DNA of 64,000 nt from Azolla caroliniana (Eukaryota; Plantae; Polypodiophyta). Location of the stretch: NCBI GenBank assembly GCA_043228905.1, contig JBHGNT010000002.1:9982001-10046000 (forward strand). Reading direction: 5' to 3'. How positions within the stretch are numbered: position 1 is the stretch's first letter; each line of letters opens with the position of its first letter. Shown here piece after piece: positions 47,071-60,700 of the stretch. The notes below the pieces were generated by a model. It ran no database searches. It worked only from the letters and a program-made list of their open reading frames with translations, and was not told where the DNA came from. Both the position numbers and the translations under genes were made by a program.

Positions 47071-49480
47071 TCGTGTTCTAATTAAACGGTTGCTCATTAC
47101 CCCAATCCGGAACGTATCCGGAATCAATCGGATTAGAATCAGATTGATGTCGAATAACATAATTCCCCTAACCACCCGTTTGGTGAAGTGTTCGAAAGGA
47201 CACCTTGCGTTTGTGGCTAATCCAACCCAGGATAAACAAGGAGATGGCGAGTAGTGGAGACTCAGTCATGCACTCCCTACACAAGGAACCGAGGAGACGG
47301 TTCACATGTAGAGAGAAAGGGCAAAAGAAGATGCTAGAATACGACATCAAGAGGGAAGAGTCAGATCGGAGCGAATCCGACTCCGGAAAGCATGAAGACG
47401 GACCTCCGAAGAAGAGGTCGGAGTCGGCCAAAAGGGCCATCAAATCGGCAGAGTAGAAATTGCGTTGATCTACCTACCAGAAGCACCCCGTAGTTCGATA
47501 CAGATACGAGTATATAGCGCATCACTATGCGTACATGACAAAGGTGACAGAAGTGCGTGAGCCGGAGAGCGACGCGGAAGCGGCAAAAGACACAAATTGA
47601 CGTGTCGCAATGGAGGAAGAGATGCACGCGCTCATGGAGAATGAAACATGGGACCTGGTTGATGCACCGAAGGGTGCATAAGCGACCGAATGTTGGTGGG
47701 TGTACAAGATCAAGTACAATGCCGATGGCTCCATCAACCCGTACAAAGTCTGGTTAGTGGCAAAAGGCTACGTGCAACAACACGACATCGACTACAATGA
47801 GACATTCGTGCCGGTTGCGAAGATGACGACCGTCTGTGTCCTGCTCACAGTAGCTATAGCAAAGGGGTGGCACTTACATCAAATGGATGTCAAGAATGTG
47901 TTCTTGCAAGGTGAGCTTGAGGAACAGGTATATATGGTACAGCCCCCCAAATTTCAGTCCGGAATGAACACGTCGGTTGTTTGCCTACTGAAGAAGTCCT
48001 TCTACAGACTCAAGCAAGCCTCGCGGGCCTAGAACGCAAAGATCACGTAGCGACTGCATCGGATGGGGTTTGCCACTTCGAAGTCGAACTCTTCACTTTT
48101 GATCCATCGGGGTCAGAACGGGTCGGTTAGTTGATGATTTAGTCATCGCCGATGCCGACCAAGAAGAAATCGGCTGCGTCAAGTTCTAGCTAGCGGAGCG
48201 GCATCATTGGACATGAAGGATTTGGGGGGCCTTCATTACTTCCTCGGGATCGAAGTGATGCGCACCCCGGAAGGCATATTGATCAACTAGCAACATTATG
48301 TGTTGAGTATGCTCTTCAAGTTTAGAATGACAGAGTGCAAATCCGTCTCAACTCCTTTGTATAGGAATATGGAGCTTCACCCCGACTCCTAAATGGCATG
48401 CGATCCAAAATGGTTCTGATAGATAGTCGAAATCCTTATATATTTGACCATCACGTGGACGAACCTCAGCTATTCGGTCGGCCTGATTAGTCAATTCATG
48501 GCACATCCGATTGTAGAGCACCTTCAGTGTGTGCAACGAATACTTAGGTATGTCAACGGCACCAAGGACCAGGGGTTGCTATATCGGCTTGGAAACGTCG
48601 GACAGTTAGTCAGCTATACGGATGCCGATTGGGAAGGAAATTCCGGCGACCATAGGCCTACATCCGGATATGCGTTTTCACTTGGATGCGCCACGATCAC
48701 TTGGAGCTGCAAGAAGCAACCAACAATTGCTCCGTCGAGCACCAAGGAGAGGCTATCGTGACATGCAAAGCCATATGGCTCAAGAGGCCATTGAAGGATC
48801 TACAGATGGAGGTGTTTGATCTGACAACGATCTACTGTGACAACCTCAGCGTCATCCAACTTGCGAAGAACCCGTCTTCCACACCCAGACCAAGCACATT
48901 GAGGTGCACTATTCCACGAGCGAGTCCTTTCCGGTGAAGTCGAACTGGTGTATGTTCTAACGAATCGGTAGACTACCAATATCTTCACTGAACCCCTTGG
49001 CCTGGACAAGTTGCGGCAATTCTCGAGTATGTTTGGTCTCCAATACCTCGATACCCCGAACTTGATGGGGAGAGATAGAGTCAAAAAGGAAGATGATGTC
49101 CGGGAAGCCGAATTGGATGACAAATCTGATTTCGGACAGACTAAAGAAGTCGGAATGTTCGAATCGGCTGGAGAAGCTGAGGATGAATGGACATGCGTAG
49201 GAGGATTGGAAAAGTGGAGACTAGTCAAACGAGAGCTGGAACCGGATCCAACCGAGCCAAGGGATGGAAAAACCAAGAAGAGCAAGAGAGGTAGCGAAGG
49301 CCAAGACCAAGACATGGGCAGATGTGGTCAAGGGCCTGAAGGAGGACAAATCAAAGACAACCAATTCCGACAAGAGTTGGAATGAATCGGAGTCAGCCGA
49401 TTCGGAAGAGGTGTTCGATTTGGAGGAGCCGAATCAACTGAAGGCCAAACGGACGAGAAGGCAGCAGAGGAAGGAACAAA

Positions 49481-51912
49481 CAGAGAAGTCCACAAGGAGG
49501 GATAAATCCCAAGCTAGGTCCAAGTCTAGAGGTAAGCTCACATGTTTCTATTGTGGAAAGGCTGGACACTTCCAAAAGGATTGTCGACACCTTAAGAAGG
49601 ACAAAGGTGCCTCAAAGGATGTCGAACCTAGAAAGATTTCTGACGAAAAGGGCACATCAGCTATAGCCACAAGGGAAGAAGAGATTTTGTTCATTTGTGA
49701 GCAGGCAAGTGCAAATCTTTGCAAGTGAAGAGTGCACCTGGGTGGTTGACTCCGGTGCATCTTTCCATATAACTCCGTCGAGAGAGTGTTTCTCGACTTA
49801 CACAATCGGGAACTAAGGCTATGTAAAGATGGGAGATAATGGTGAGTGCAAGATAGTCGGCATCAGAAATGTATGTTTGATAACGTTGACTGGTTGTTGG
49901 CTAATCTTGAAGGATGACTGACACGTGCCCGATAGTAGGTTGAATCTTATATCAACTAGAAGAATGGACGGCGAAGGCTATAGTGGTAGCTTTCGAAATG
50001 GCAAATGGAAGTTTTGTAGGGGAAGCCTCATAGTGGCCCGAGCACAGAAGCATGGCTCATTGTATATGATGCATGCCCAATTGTGCAAGTCGGAAGCAAA
50101 TGTGGCAACCGACTCGAGTGGTGAGTTATGGCATAAGAGCTTGGCCACATGAGTGAAAAGGGAATGCATATCCAAGGAGACTAGGAACTTCTCCTAGAAG
50201 TGAAAGGAGTGCACTTGGAGAAGTGTGTCGACTATTTAGTCAGAAAGCAGAACAGAGTTGCATTCCACACGGGACCACCAAGGAGAAGAGAAGCTGCATA
50301 TGAACTAGTGCACACCGACGTGTGCTATGTAGATGCCACATTGCGTCGAGGTGGACAATACTTTGTGACATTCATAGATGACTATAGTTGAAATTGTGGC
50401 CTTTCGTACTAAAGTCGAAGGACCAAGTACTGTCGTTCTTCAAGGAGTTCTAGGCAAGGACCGAAACAGAGTCAGGTCGGAAGTTGAAGGTTGTCCGAAC
50501 CGACAACGGTGGTGAATATAGAGGGCAGTTTGAAAAATGTTGCAAGAACCAAGGTATTTGAATCGAATACATTGTTTCGAAGACTCCTGAATTGAATGGG
50601 CTTGCAGAGAGAATGAATCGAACGATTATGGAGAGAGTAAGGAGCATTTTGTTGCATGCTAAGTTGTCGAAATCGTACTGGGTTGAGTTGATGTATACAA
50701 TTGTTTATCTTATCAACAGGCCTCCCTCGGTGCCATTGAAAGGTGATATCCCATGGAGGGTGTGGACAGGAAAGGATATCTCCTACCGACACTTGAGGGT
50801 GTTCAAATGCTTGGTATATATGCATGTGGCTAAGGATCAGAGGTCAAAGCTTGACAACAAGTCAAAACCATGCATATTCCTCGGGTACTCGGAGGATGAG
50901 TTTGGCTACAGGTTGCAGGACTTAGTCGACAAGAAAGTATTAAGGAGTCGGGATGTAGTCTTCTTAGAAGACAAGATGATCGAGGATTGGAAACAACAAA
51001 AGTAGGATTTGACTTCCCGGTCGACTTCCACTACCACCAACTTAAGACTAGTTGAACCGACACATCGGTTGTTTGGAGACAGCCAGTCGGCAATACCAAA
51101 TCCGAGTCGGTCGACTCAGAGTAACCGATCGATACATATGAGTCGGAGTCAGCAGACCTATTGAAGTCGATCGAGGAATACGAGTCAGAGTCAACTAACC
51201 CTGAGCAACCGATCAACATGTATGAACCCAAGCCGACTGAAGAGTCGGCAGGAACATCCGAACCGAAGCCAACAATGGGTGGAAGGAGATACCCAATAAG
51301 GGAAAGGAGAGCACTGACTACATATGCCAGTCAATACATCCTCTTGACTAATGAAGGTGAGTTGAGTGCTATGATGAGGCCATGACCGATGAGCACAAGG
51401 AGAAATGGTTGAGTGCAATGCAGGACAAGATGGATTCCTTGCACGAAAACTATACTTACGACATGATGGAGTTACCAAAAGGTAAGAGAGCACTCAGGAA
51501 CAAATGGTTCTACAAGGTGAAGACTGGAGAAGTCGACAGTGCACCCATATATAAAGCTCGTATTGTGGTGAAGGGATTTCAATAGAAGATGGGTGTCGAC
51601 TTTGACAAGATATTCGATCCAGTCGTGATGATGACATCCATCCGAATTGTTCTAAGCATTGCTGCTAATATAGATCTGGAGATTGAACAGTTGGATGTCA
51701 AAACAACATTCCCGTAGGTCAACTACGGTGCATCTTTCCATATAACTCTGTCGAGAGAGTGTTTCTCGACTTACACAGTCGAGGACGAGGGCTATGTAAA
51801 GATGGGAGATAATGGTGAGTGCAAGATAGTCGGCATTGGAAATGTATGTCTGATAACGTCGACTGGTTGTCGGCTAATCTTGAAGGATGTCTGACACGTG
51901 TCCGATATTAGG
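49481..51912 (+). pseudogene. Copia B-family fragment (gag end to RT start) plus a second ~195-bp protease piece
   Basis: KSRGKLTCFYCGKAGHFQKDC and downstream motifs are collinear with 9060-11290. 51717-51912 resembles about 49745-49940. Confidence 0.88.
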
Positions 51913-53220
51913 CCAAATGTGATAGTGATTGATAAATGTTGGACATCATATAATACCATAACTAATGTGGTTGCAACAGACCGTCAATCTTGGATTGTTG
52001 TAAATGGGCAACGATCGCAAACACATTGTTGACTTTTGTTGTGTAAGTTTCACGCAAAAAAATCATGGGTGGATAAATTGTTGCCAAAAGTAAGTGCAAC
52101 TAAGTGAAGCCATCTTTATCAACGAATGTACCAACTGATGCAATGCATTACTGAATCCGCATTCAATGCGATGTGTGAGGAGTAAAATGTAGAATATGTA
52201 GACAAGCCCGGTGTTTGGCAATATATAGGAGGAGGATGGTGTGGTTTGACATGTGTGTGGAGGAAACTCTGGCCCAAGTTTGGTAGAATGTTTAACTACG
52301 GACATGTTGACACTACCAATATTGTGGAAAGATATTGATAGTTTATCAAGTATACTGCCTTGAGAGGAAGAATAAACCGATCAATTACCGACCTTGTGCA
52401 TGTCTTAATCGGGGACAATGAAACTGGCACTTGCATTGGAGGAACCATCGTAGAATGGTACAAGCAACGACAAGAAATATGTGAGAGTGGTTGATTTGCA
52501 CCTTGTGCAAATTGTAGGGATCAAAGGTCCTAACTTAAAGAGGGTGAGAGAATATTGTAAAGGTATGTTGACGTTACTTCCACAATGCATATTGTGGATG
52601 AGGCCCGATATTGGTTTAGAATCTTGAGCATGACGACTCCCACTCTATCGTATAATGTCTCACTCCAATGCTCATATTGTGATTGCCAAGACCTTACGAG
52701 TAAATGTAAGCATTTACTCGATATTCGAATGATTATTGAGAGGCAAATGCCACATTTATGTGGCTCGTTGCCTTTTATAGATCACGCGACCCAAATGCAA
52801 ATGGACCACTATACATAAATAAAAGTGGAGACATAGGTAGAATGAGTCAGGGAGACCAACCCCACAACATCAGAGATGGAATCATTGAAGTCCAAAATAC
52901 AAACGGTCGAGGAAGCACTTCAATGTCTCAAGCAAGGGTTAGGAACCTTCGACCATGCAACTATTTTGGAATGTATACAAACATTGGAAGATATGACTGA
53001 GAAGGTGTATCATGTTGGTGCACCAAAATCAACCAATGAAGAAGATGGCAAATCAATAAGGCACAACCAACAAATCGGTGCCAAAAGAAGCGCAACAATA
53101 GACATATCACAATAACTTATTGTCAGCTCCCCAAACACTTCCAAATCCCACACTAGAAAACTACAAAGAGGTGCAAGTCGGGCTAGGGAGGTGATTGCCA
53201 ATATGTGACCTTGAGAAGGT
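51913..53220 (+). pseudogene. Mutator-like (MULE) transposase relic with SWIM zinc finger
   Basis: PNVIVIDKC, LLCKFH, HVDTTNIVERY..IK, and SWIM-type YNVSL..CDCQDLTSKCKH; stops and frameshifts. Confidence 0.7.
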
Positions 53221-53627
53221 TTGATGTTTGCATTGCACTAGCTTGACCTTGACTTCAAGGGACTCAATTGTTAAATGTTGTAAAAATTGTGGTTGCATTT
53301 TGTCATCATCCCGACATGAGCCATAATTTTAATATGTAACGTGTGTATTCATATTTCATTTTAGGGTTTTTGGCTTGGATTATTCCCATTGTCGACATTT
53401 GACATTTTAATCTTTTATGTAAGACTTGTTATTTGAAACTTTAAGTTGATTTGTTATTTGAAGCTTGGAGATATAAGTTTGTGTGATTTTTGAGTTTTAA
53501 GTTTTAAGTTTTGTGCAAGTGGAAGTTATGGTAATTTTTTTAAAGTAATTTTTATGCATCATTTTCACAACAACTATTTGTTGTACACTTACAATTTTTT
53601 TGCAGTTTTTGATGTTTGTTTCTTAGT

Positions 53628-53792
53628 TGGGCTCCCGCCGTGAGTTGGTCAGGCCCCTGGTGACAGAGGCTGTTAGACAATAGGGCTCCTTTTGACAGAG
53701 TTGGGCTCCTAGTTAGAGAGGTTGGTAGACAAACGGGGCTCCTTGTGACAGAGGCTGCCAGAGAGTCAGGCTCCTAGTGACAGACGCTGACA
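53628..53792 (+). repeat. Degenerate short repeats GGCTCCT.GTGACAGAGG (about 6) upstream of the helicase gene
   Basis: Copies near 53629, 53651, 53683, 53703, 53736 and 53768. Confidence 0.7.
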
Positions 53793-53986
53793 GCGTTTTA
53801 TCCACATCGGACGATGGAGATCGCATGTGCCATCACCTGAGCGACATGCACCGTCCGCGCCGCGCCCAGGATTCCCTCACTTGGCCCTCTTTAATATTTG
53901 TATGTAGTTAGACACGAGCATACATACATACATACATACATGATTAAGAGGCAAAGAATTACGAGAAGTGAAGACGAGAGAGAGAG

Positions 53987-54458
53987 ATGGCTGTGAGGGT
54001 TTCTCCCTTTCCTTCTACTTCTTCTTCTTCTGCTGCTGTGCTTGCCATCTTCAAGCTTCTCCCTCCCCATACCCATAGCCATAGCCATAGCCCTAGCCAA
54101 GGAAGCTTCCATTCTTCACGCTGCTGCATCCTCACAGCCATTCCTTCTTCTCCGTTGTTCTCTCATTCTCTTTCTTCTCCTTTAATTTCTCGCATATCAA
54201 CCACATCATCCTCATCCTCATCCTCATCCTCGTCACCGTCATCATCTCCTTCCTCTCGATTCTTCCCCTCTCAGGGAACTCTTTCAACGTCTTCTTCTGA
54301 TGTTGTGACGACACCATTTGCGTCAGATTCTTTCTTTGCCAGTGAAGATATTACATGGAAATCCCTTGGCTTGCCCGAAGGTGTCATCGATGCACTTGAA
54401 CGTGCTTCATTCCTGCGTCCTTCTGCTGTTCAGGTTTCTTTGTTTCTTTTCTGGTCTC

Positions 54459-54515
<57 letters not shown>

Positions 54516-54652
54516 TGTTATTATAGTCCAGGGAGTTCAAATATAATCTATGGCAACGATAGACATATTTTCGTGCAGTATATGTGGAGGTGATAAAGTG
54601 ACACTCTACATTTCCTAATTTTGTTTGTGTGTGTGTGTAAGAGAGAGAGAAG

Positions 54653-54700
<48 letters not shown>

Positions 54701-57700
54701 TCATATATTATCACCCAGGGGGGTTCAGCATGACCCCTGAAACCAACAATGGTTACATAGAACTGTCCTTCGTTGTCTAGGTGCCAAAATTTTAAAATAG
54801 TTAAACAAAATGAAAAAAAAAATCTGAATTGAAAAATTAAGAATGTTTCCTAATTTCAGTTTTTTCAGACCTTCAATGAGTGTGGCTCTGTTATCGAGTA
54901 GATAAGCAACGAGCATCCCTGGTGTCCTTGGCAGTGGTTCTGTTTTAATCAGGATTCTTGAAAGCTACTAAAATCATGTAGGAGTTCTGGAAAATCATAC
55001 ATGAAGTCCTCACATGTGAGGCATTCCAGAGAGTTCATACCCAAGTTTTTACTTGGGGTGATGGGGTAATGAGATTATAGAGAGAGTTGGCAGAACATCC
55101 ATTGAGAGTTGATTGTGATTTCATGGTGAGCCTAGAAAGAAATGGTAAGCCATGGACTTTAAACATTTGTGGGTCGGTCTATTGGAGCACGATCATGTGT
55201 CTGAGAGAAACTCAGCTGGCAACTGGTTCGTAAAAGTTGTTCCATGAAGACAATATCAAACATACAATCCCTACATATGCCTGCCATTAGTGAAATAGGT
55301 AAAATACAATGCTTGTGGGACAGTTACTAATAAAGAATGGCAGTATATTAATGACCTGGGTGGGGGGTAAATATGACCCATGTGACCAATAATTGTTATA
55401 AAAAACACTCCCCTCTTGCCATCTAGGTGCGGGATTCTAAATGGGGTTGGACAAAAGCAAAAGGCAAATTTAAGCTCATTTCTAGATTTCACATCTTGGA
55501 TCTCCCTCAAGTTTAGCTCTATGGTCAAGTGGAGAAGCAAAGAGAATTTCTAGTGTCATTGACAATGGTTTATTCTTGCTAGGATGCATTGAAGTCTGGT
55601 AAACCTTTTAGGAGTTCTTGATAATCATGCCTGTTGTAAAGAATTCCAAATCAATATATTCCCTTTTTTTGCTACGTTGAGGTATGTTGCCTCATTGACC
55701 TCTCGTTTTCAAGGTCGAAATCTACAGAGGACATTGTTGTGAAGAATAAGTATGCTAGCTGCTTGGATTACCTCATTCAACCCTTCTCTATTCTTCCATA
55801 GAAAGCCATGCAATTCCAGCTCGTAACTCTTGATGGATTTAATGATGTGCTTGTGTATTTCTATGCTTCGGTTTTGTTCTTCTGTGCTTCATATGCTTGG
55901 TGTCTTTTTGCTTGTGTGAGATATCTATTCATGGTGGTTTAAGTACCCGTATTTAACGTTTAAATACGTATAGTACCTCATCATTTGTATAGTACGTACT
56001 ATACCTCAATGATGTTCAGTTAAATATCATGTACATTTGTCCAATATGGTATTTAACATATTTATAAAAAAACAGGTATAATACGTATTTATAAAGAAAA
56101 TGTAAGTAAAACCCCAACAAAAACCAAAAGAAAAAAAGATTTTAGTGCAAAAGAAGCCAAAGGAAGGAATAGAAGAGACGAAGATGAAGAAGATGAAGAA
56201 GAAGAAGAAGAAGAAGAGAGAAAAGAAGACATAAATTTGTCATGACTCTAAGTGTGATAATCGCAGAAGATAGAAGAAGAAGAAGAAGAAGAAGAAGAAA
56301 ACAAAGAAAAGAGAAACCTATCATGAGTGTGATAATCGTAGACGATTCCTCAATCTATGAAGGCATAATTGTAAATAATTACAATTTGAAGTAGAACTTC
56401 GTGATACACACACTGATTTATAGAATAAGGGAATGTCGACATCCATATTACTACAAGTATTTTAGGATGTGAAATGTTCAAATGTCTTATATGCATTTTA
56501 GGATATAGAACTATATTGTACATCACAAAATTGTGTAAACATAGATGTTTTTTACAATATTATAGATGTTTTTTAGAAAGGTAAATAATTTTCAAATTTT
56601 AGAAGTATTTAACGTACTATACGTATTTTATAAGTATTTAACATATTAAGAAAACGTATTTAACGTATTTTTAAATTGGGAGGTACTATATGCGTATTAA
56701 TATGTTATATATGTATGGTATCCGTACCATACCTAACATACCTAACAACCTTGGTTCTATTCTTGGTGATGAAATACCTTGTGTAATGGAAATAGGCCTT
56801 GGTATTGCCTATTATCATGGATCAATCTTGGTCTACGATCAGTGTGCACATAATGAGAACATTGCATATCTCATATCATTAATGCTTGTTTGCTTAATGG
56901 TTCCATGGTCATGTGACTGTAATGCTTTGTGGATCCTATTGTATTGTTTAATGCTATGCCAATAACGAAAAAAGAATGAGAGAGCTAATTGAATGCAAGG
57001 TAAATTTAAATTGAAAATTTCATCAATTTCATTAGCTTTCTATGGTTTCTTTTGGATGCATGATTAAGATATGTTTGTTGTATTGTGTTTTTTCAGAGTA
57101 GAATAGCCCTGTTCAATAAACTTTTCTTATATAACAACCTATACAGATTCATTTTCATTACTTCTTGACGTTCTCAAGGGAAACTGGGATTTATTTCATG
57201 GTCAGAATTAGGCCCATTGCATTAGATTTCATAATATTTCTAAAGTTTCTCTTGTAGGCATGTTCATATTCAAGGTAACCCAAAGAGACTCTATTAATTA
57301 TGAAGAGATTCAAGATCTAGTGATACAAATTGGGATTCAATATTAAAATAGAAATTTTTGAAGTCAATGATGATTATCTCTATTGTAACAAGTTACATAA
57401 TTATTATGTAAATTCAAGCAATATGGGCTACTCAAGTGCTTCTTAGGTAATGCCAGAACCACTCATAAGAGCATAGCTATAAGTACTGTTGCTGATTTTT
57501 GTTGAGTGTGTTAGAACTACTCACATCTAGAGGAATGGCACGCTAACATGTATGTACCATGACTTTATCTATGCACAGATTGTTTGCAGGATGTCTCTTT
57601 CTGGCCTGTGCTTGAACTTTCAATTACCTTAAGCTTTATCTGCACGCTGGCTTTACCAACCTTTGAATTTGTGCAGGCAATCGCCATACCTACCATTCTC

Positions 57701-60700
57701 AAAGGTGGGGATGTAATCATGGCAGCAGAAACTGGAAGTGGAAAGACCCAAGCATATCTTTCACCTATTTTTTCTAAATTATTGAAGAAACATAGAGTTG
57801 ACATGCCCGAAACCCAAATAAGCACAAATGAGGCATATTTTGCTAAAGCCCAAGAATTTGCTCTTATACTATGCCCGAACGCTATGCTTTGTGAACAAGT
57901 TGCAGCAATGGGAAATGCCCTGTGTGATAATAATGGAGCATCACTATTGAAAATATCTGTTGTTTCAGGTGGTCAGGTTGGTATAGTTTTGTGTTTGGAG
58001 TTTCATTTGATACTCGAGAAAGAAAGAGTGAAAAAATGAAAAAAAATGAATGTTCAAATAACTTTTCTCAAGTATGTATTGAATAACCATATCATACATG
58101 AGAAACATATTTCATAAACTTGGAATAGCATGCATGTATGTTCATATAACATTTTTCAATTATGTATTGAACAACATTATACATCAGAAACATATTTCAT
58201 AGACATGGAATAGCATGCATCTATATTTAAATAACAATTGCTCTAGTGTGTATTGAATAACCATTTCATATATCAGAAACGTATTTCATAAACATGGAAT
58301 ATCATGCATGACACATGTGTTGGCCTCTCACTCTCTATGGAAGTAGAAACGTAATACACGGTTTCATACATTTGGCAGCACTTCATATAAATGTGATTAC
58401 CATTTACCTGATGAGCTCATAACTGGCATCATAATTATGTATAGCATTGAAATGTTTTAATAATTTATAAAGTTTGCATACCATCAGCTAGCAAAGGCCA
58501 CATTATTGCCATATTGAAGAAATAATAAGCAGAATCCTATGGCGGTTCTATAATCATTTTCTAAAAGAAATACAAAATTTTGACATCTATTTTGAGCAGA
58601 GGGAGTAGGGTGGTAGAGAGAGAAAGAGTTTTGCTGAGTATTACTAACAAAATACAGAATTTTTCTGAGATCTTGATTGTTCTAGGGTACAGGGATGGCC
58701 AATTTCTCCTCCAGATATAGTTGTGGCAACACCAGCGGCATTATTGAATCATTTATTTGCCTATGATCCTAGGCGTAGGCGTAGAAATGCTTTTGTACGT
58801 GATGTGAAATTTGTGGTAAGGTTTCTTACAAACTCATCCTTCCATTCTTAATATCCTGATGGACTTTACCTTGGCTAATATTTTGAAGAATAGGTTTTTG
58901 ATGAGGCAGATATGCTTTTATCCGGGGGTTTTGAGAATCAAGTTATGAGGCTTATACATATGTTCCGATTGAAAGAAAAACAGGCTGCTATATCAGCAGC
59001 ATCGGATTCCACAAGTGATAGTGTAGACTTCAGGCCTTGGACAGAGTTTGAATGCTCTGAAACAATCACTGAAGCTACATCTGATGATCCTGAAGATAAT
59101 GACGATGGTCTGGATGAAGGATATGAATCTAACGAGCTAGATGAAGGTGAAGAAAGTATGAAACCTGAGGACAAGAGAAGGAAAGACTGGCAGAGGTCTA
59201 GAAAACTGTATACAAGGAGTAAACAGTACATTTTTGCTGCAGCGACCCTTCCAGACAGTGGAAGGAAGACCCCTGGAGCTATATTGAAGAAACTAATACC
59301 TGAAGCAAAATGGGTGAATGGAAACTTTCTTCATCGCCGAAATCCCAGGTCCATAAATTTGATATTTAATGTCTAGAGACTATATTTATTTTCGTTTATA
59401 AATCAATGTGCGCGAGTCATATAATCCGTTTAGACTCTCTATTTTGTTGATGTCTTCAACACACTTATAAGATCATGATTCTATGTGTGTCTTGATCCAG
59501 TTAATTGGGTGGTATTGATATCACAGGCAACTTGATTCAATGAAGTTTATGTTATTCAATAATAAGTACATATGAATGAAAACGCTGCTAGCTAAGCAAG
59601 CATGACTCAGTGCTATGACTGAAAATGATTTCAATGGCCGATTAGATAGACCAAAACTCAGAATACTGTGATCTAGCCTCAGAAACCTATGTTGTTTACG
59701 ATTTTGCTTCCCAGACAAGAGGAGCTTCTGAACGTGATCTATATCAGCATGACATTAAGTACTTCTGTTATGCATTCTAATGGAGTGTACATCAATTCCC
59801 TTACCTAGCTGTTTGCGCTTCAATATCATGATATGTAGATTCTGAGCTAACTTTTATGCATCATTGATCAAATAATGAGGCCTTTTGGATTGCTGCACAC
59901 CTGGCGCATGATTGAATTCTTGTAGTCCTTGATTCTCTCAAATCACATACAAACATCACCTTCCATTCTTCTCTTTTCTATTATTTTGCACCATCATATA
60001 TATACACTTCATTCTTCGTTGTATGCTTTGAAGCTAAAATAACATAAGAATTTGCAAGACGTTTCAGTTGAAATATGAATAATTGCTGACATACAAGTTA
60101 AATCTAAGGTTTGATACTATCCATCATCATCAGTGATAATCTTGAGTTAAGTTTTTTTCAGTATTCTACAGGTTGCAAGAACATTGGGTAGAGGTCAATG
60201 GTTCTACACAAGTTCAAGCATTGTTAGATGCACTGTCATCTGTAAGTTCAAATAATGAGAGTTTGCCTTCGAAAACTTTGGTGTTTGCAAACAGTGTAGA
60301 GGCAGCTGATGCTATTTGTAAAATACTAAAGAAAACAAAGACCGAATGTCTTTGCTATCATCGAGAGATGACTTCTGAAGAGCGAGCGAAAAATTTGAAA
60401 TTTTTTGAAGAGAGTGGTGGTATTTTAGTATGTACAGACTCCGCTGCACGTGGTCTTGATATTCATAACGTGAACCATGTAATTCAGGTAATTTCACAAG
60501 ATGAGCCATGTAACGAAGTTTTATCATTAATTTATTGGTTTTTGCTTCTGTTTCTTGAACTCATCAAGATGATATGGCCAACTTCAGGGATGAGAGTCTA
60601 TTTAACATACATGTTAATCATTTTAAAAAAGAATTTTGAGTTTCTCCTTTATTTATGCATACAGTCCATTAAATTAATATCAATCAACATATATTGTATA

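Larger units (their letters stand above)
35695..47238 (+). mobile_element. Gypsy element F, full length and degenerate, TSD AGGAG
   Basis: AGGAG at 35690-35694 and 47239-47243. 5' LTR 35695-36174; 3' LTR 44954-45270 plus 47075-47238. Confidence 0.93.
34875..49480 (+). mobile_element. Copia element D, internal part (INT 34875-35694; RT/RH 47244-49070), no LTRs left
   Basis: FVTFIDDY, LRSDGGKEY, AERKNRT. The linker SDEE|MASSGDS is rejoined across the [28 protein letters not shown]. Confidence 0.88.
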
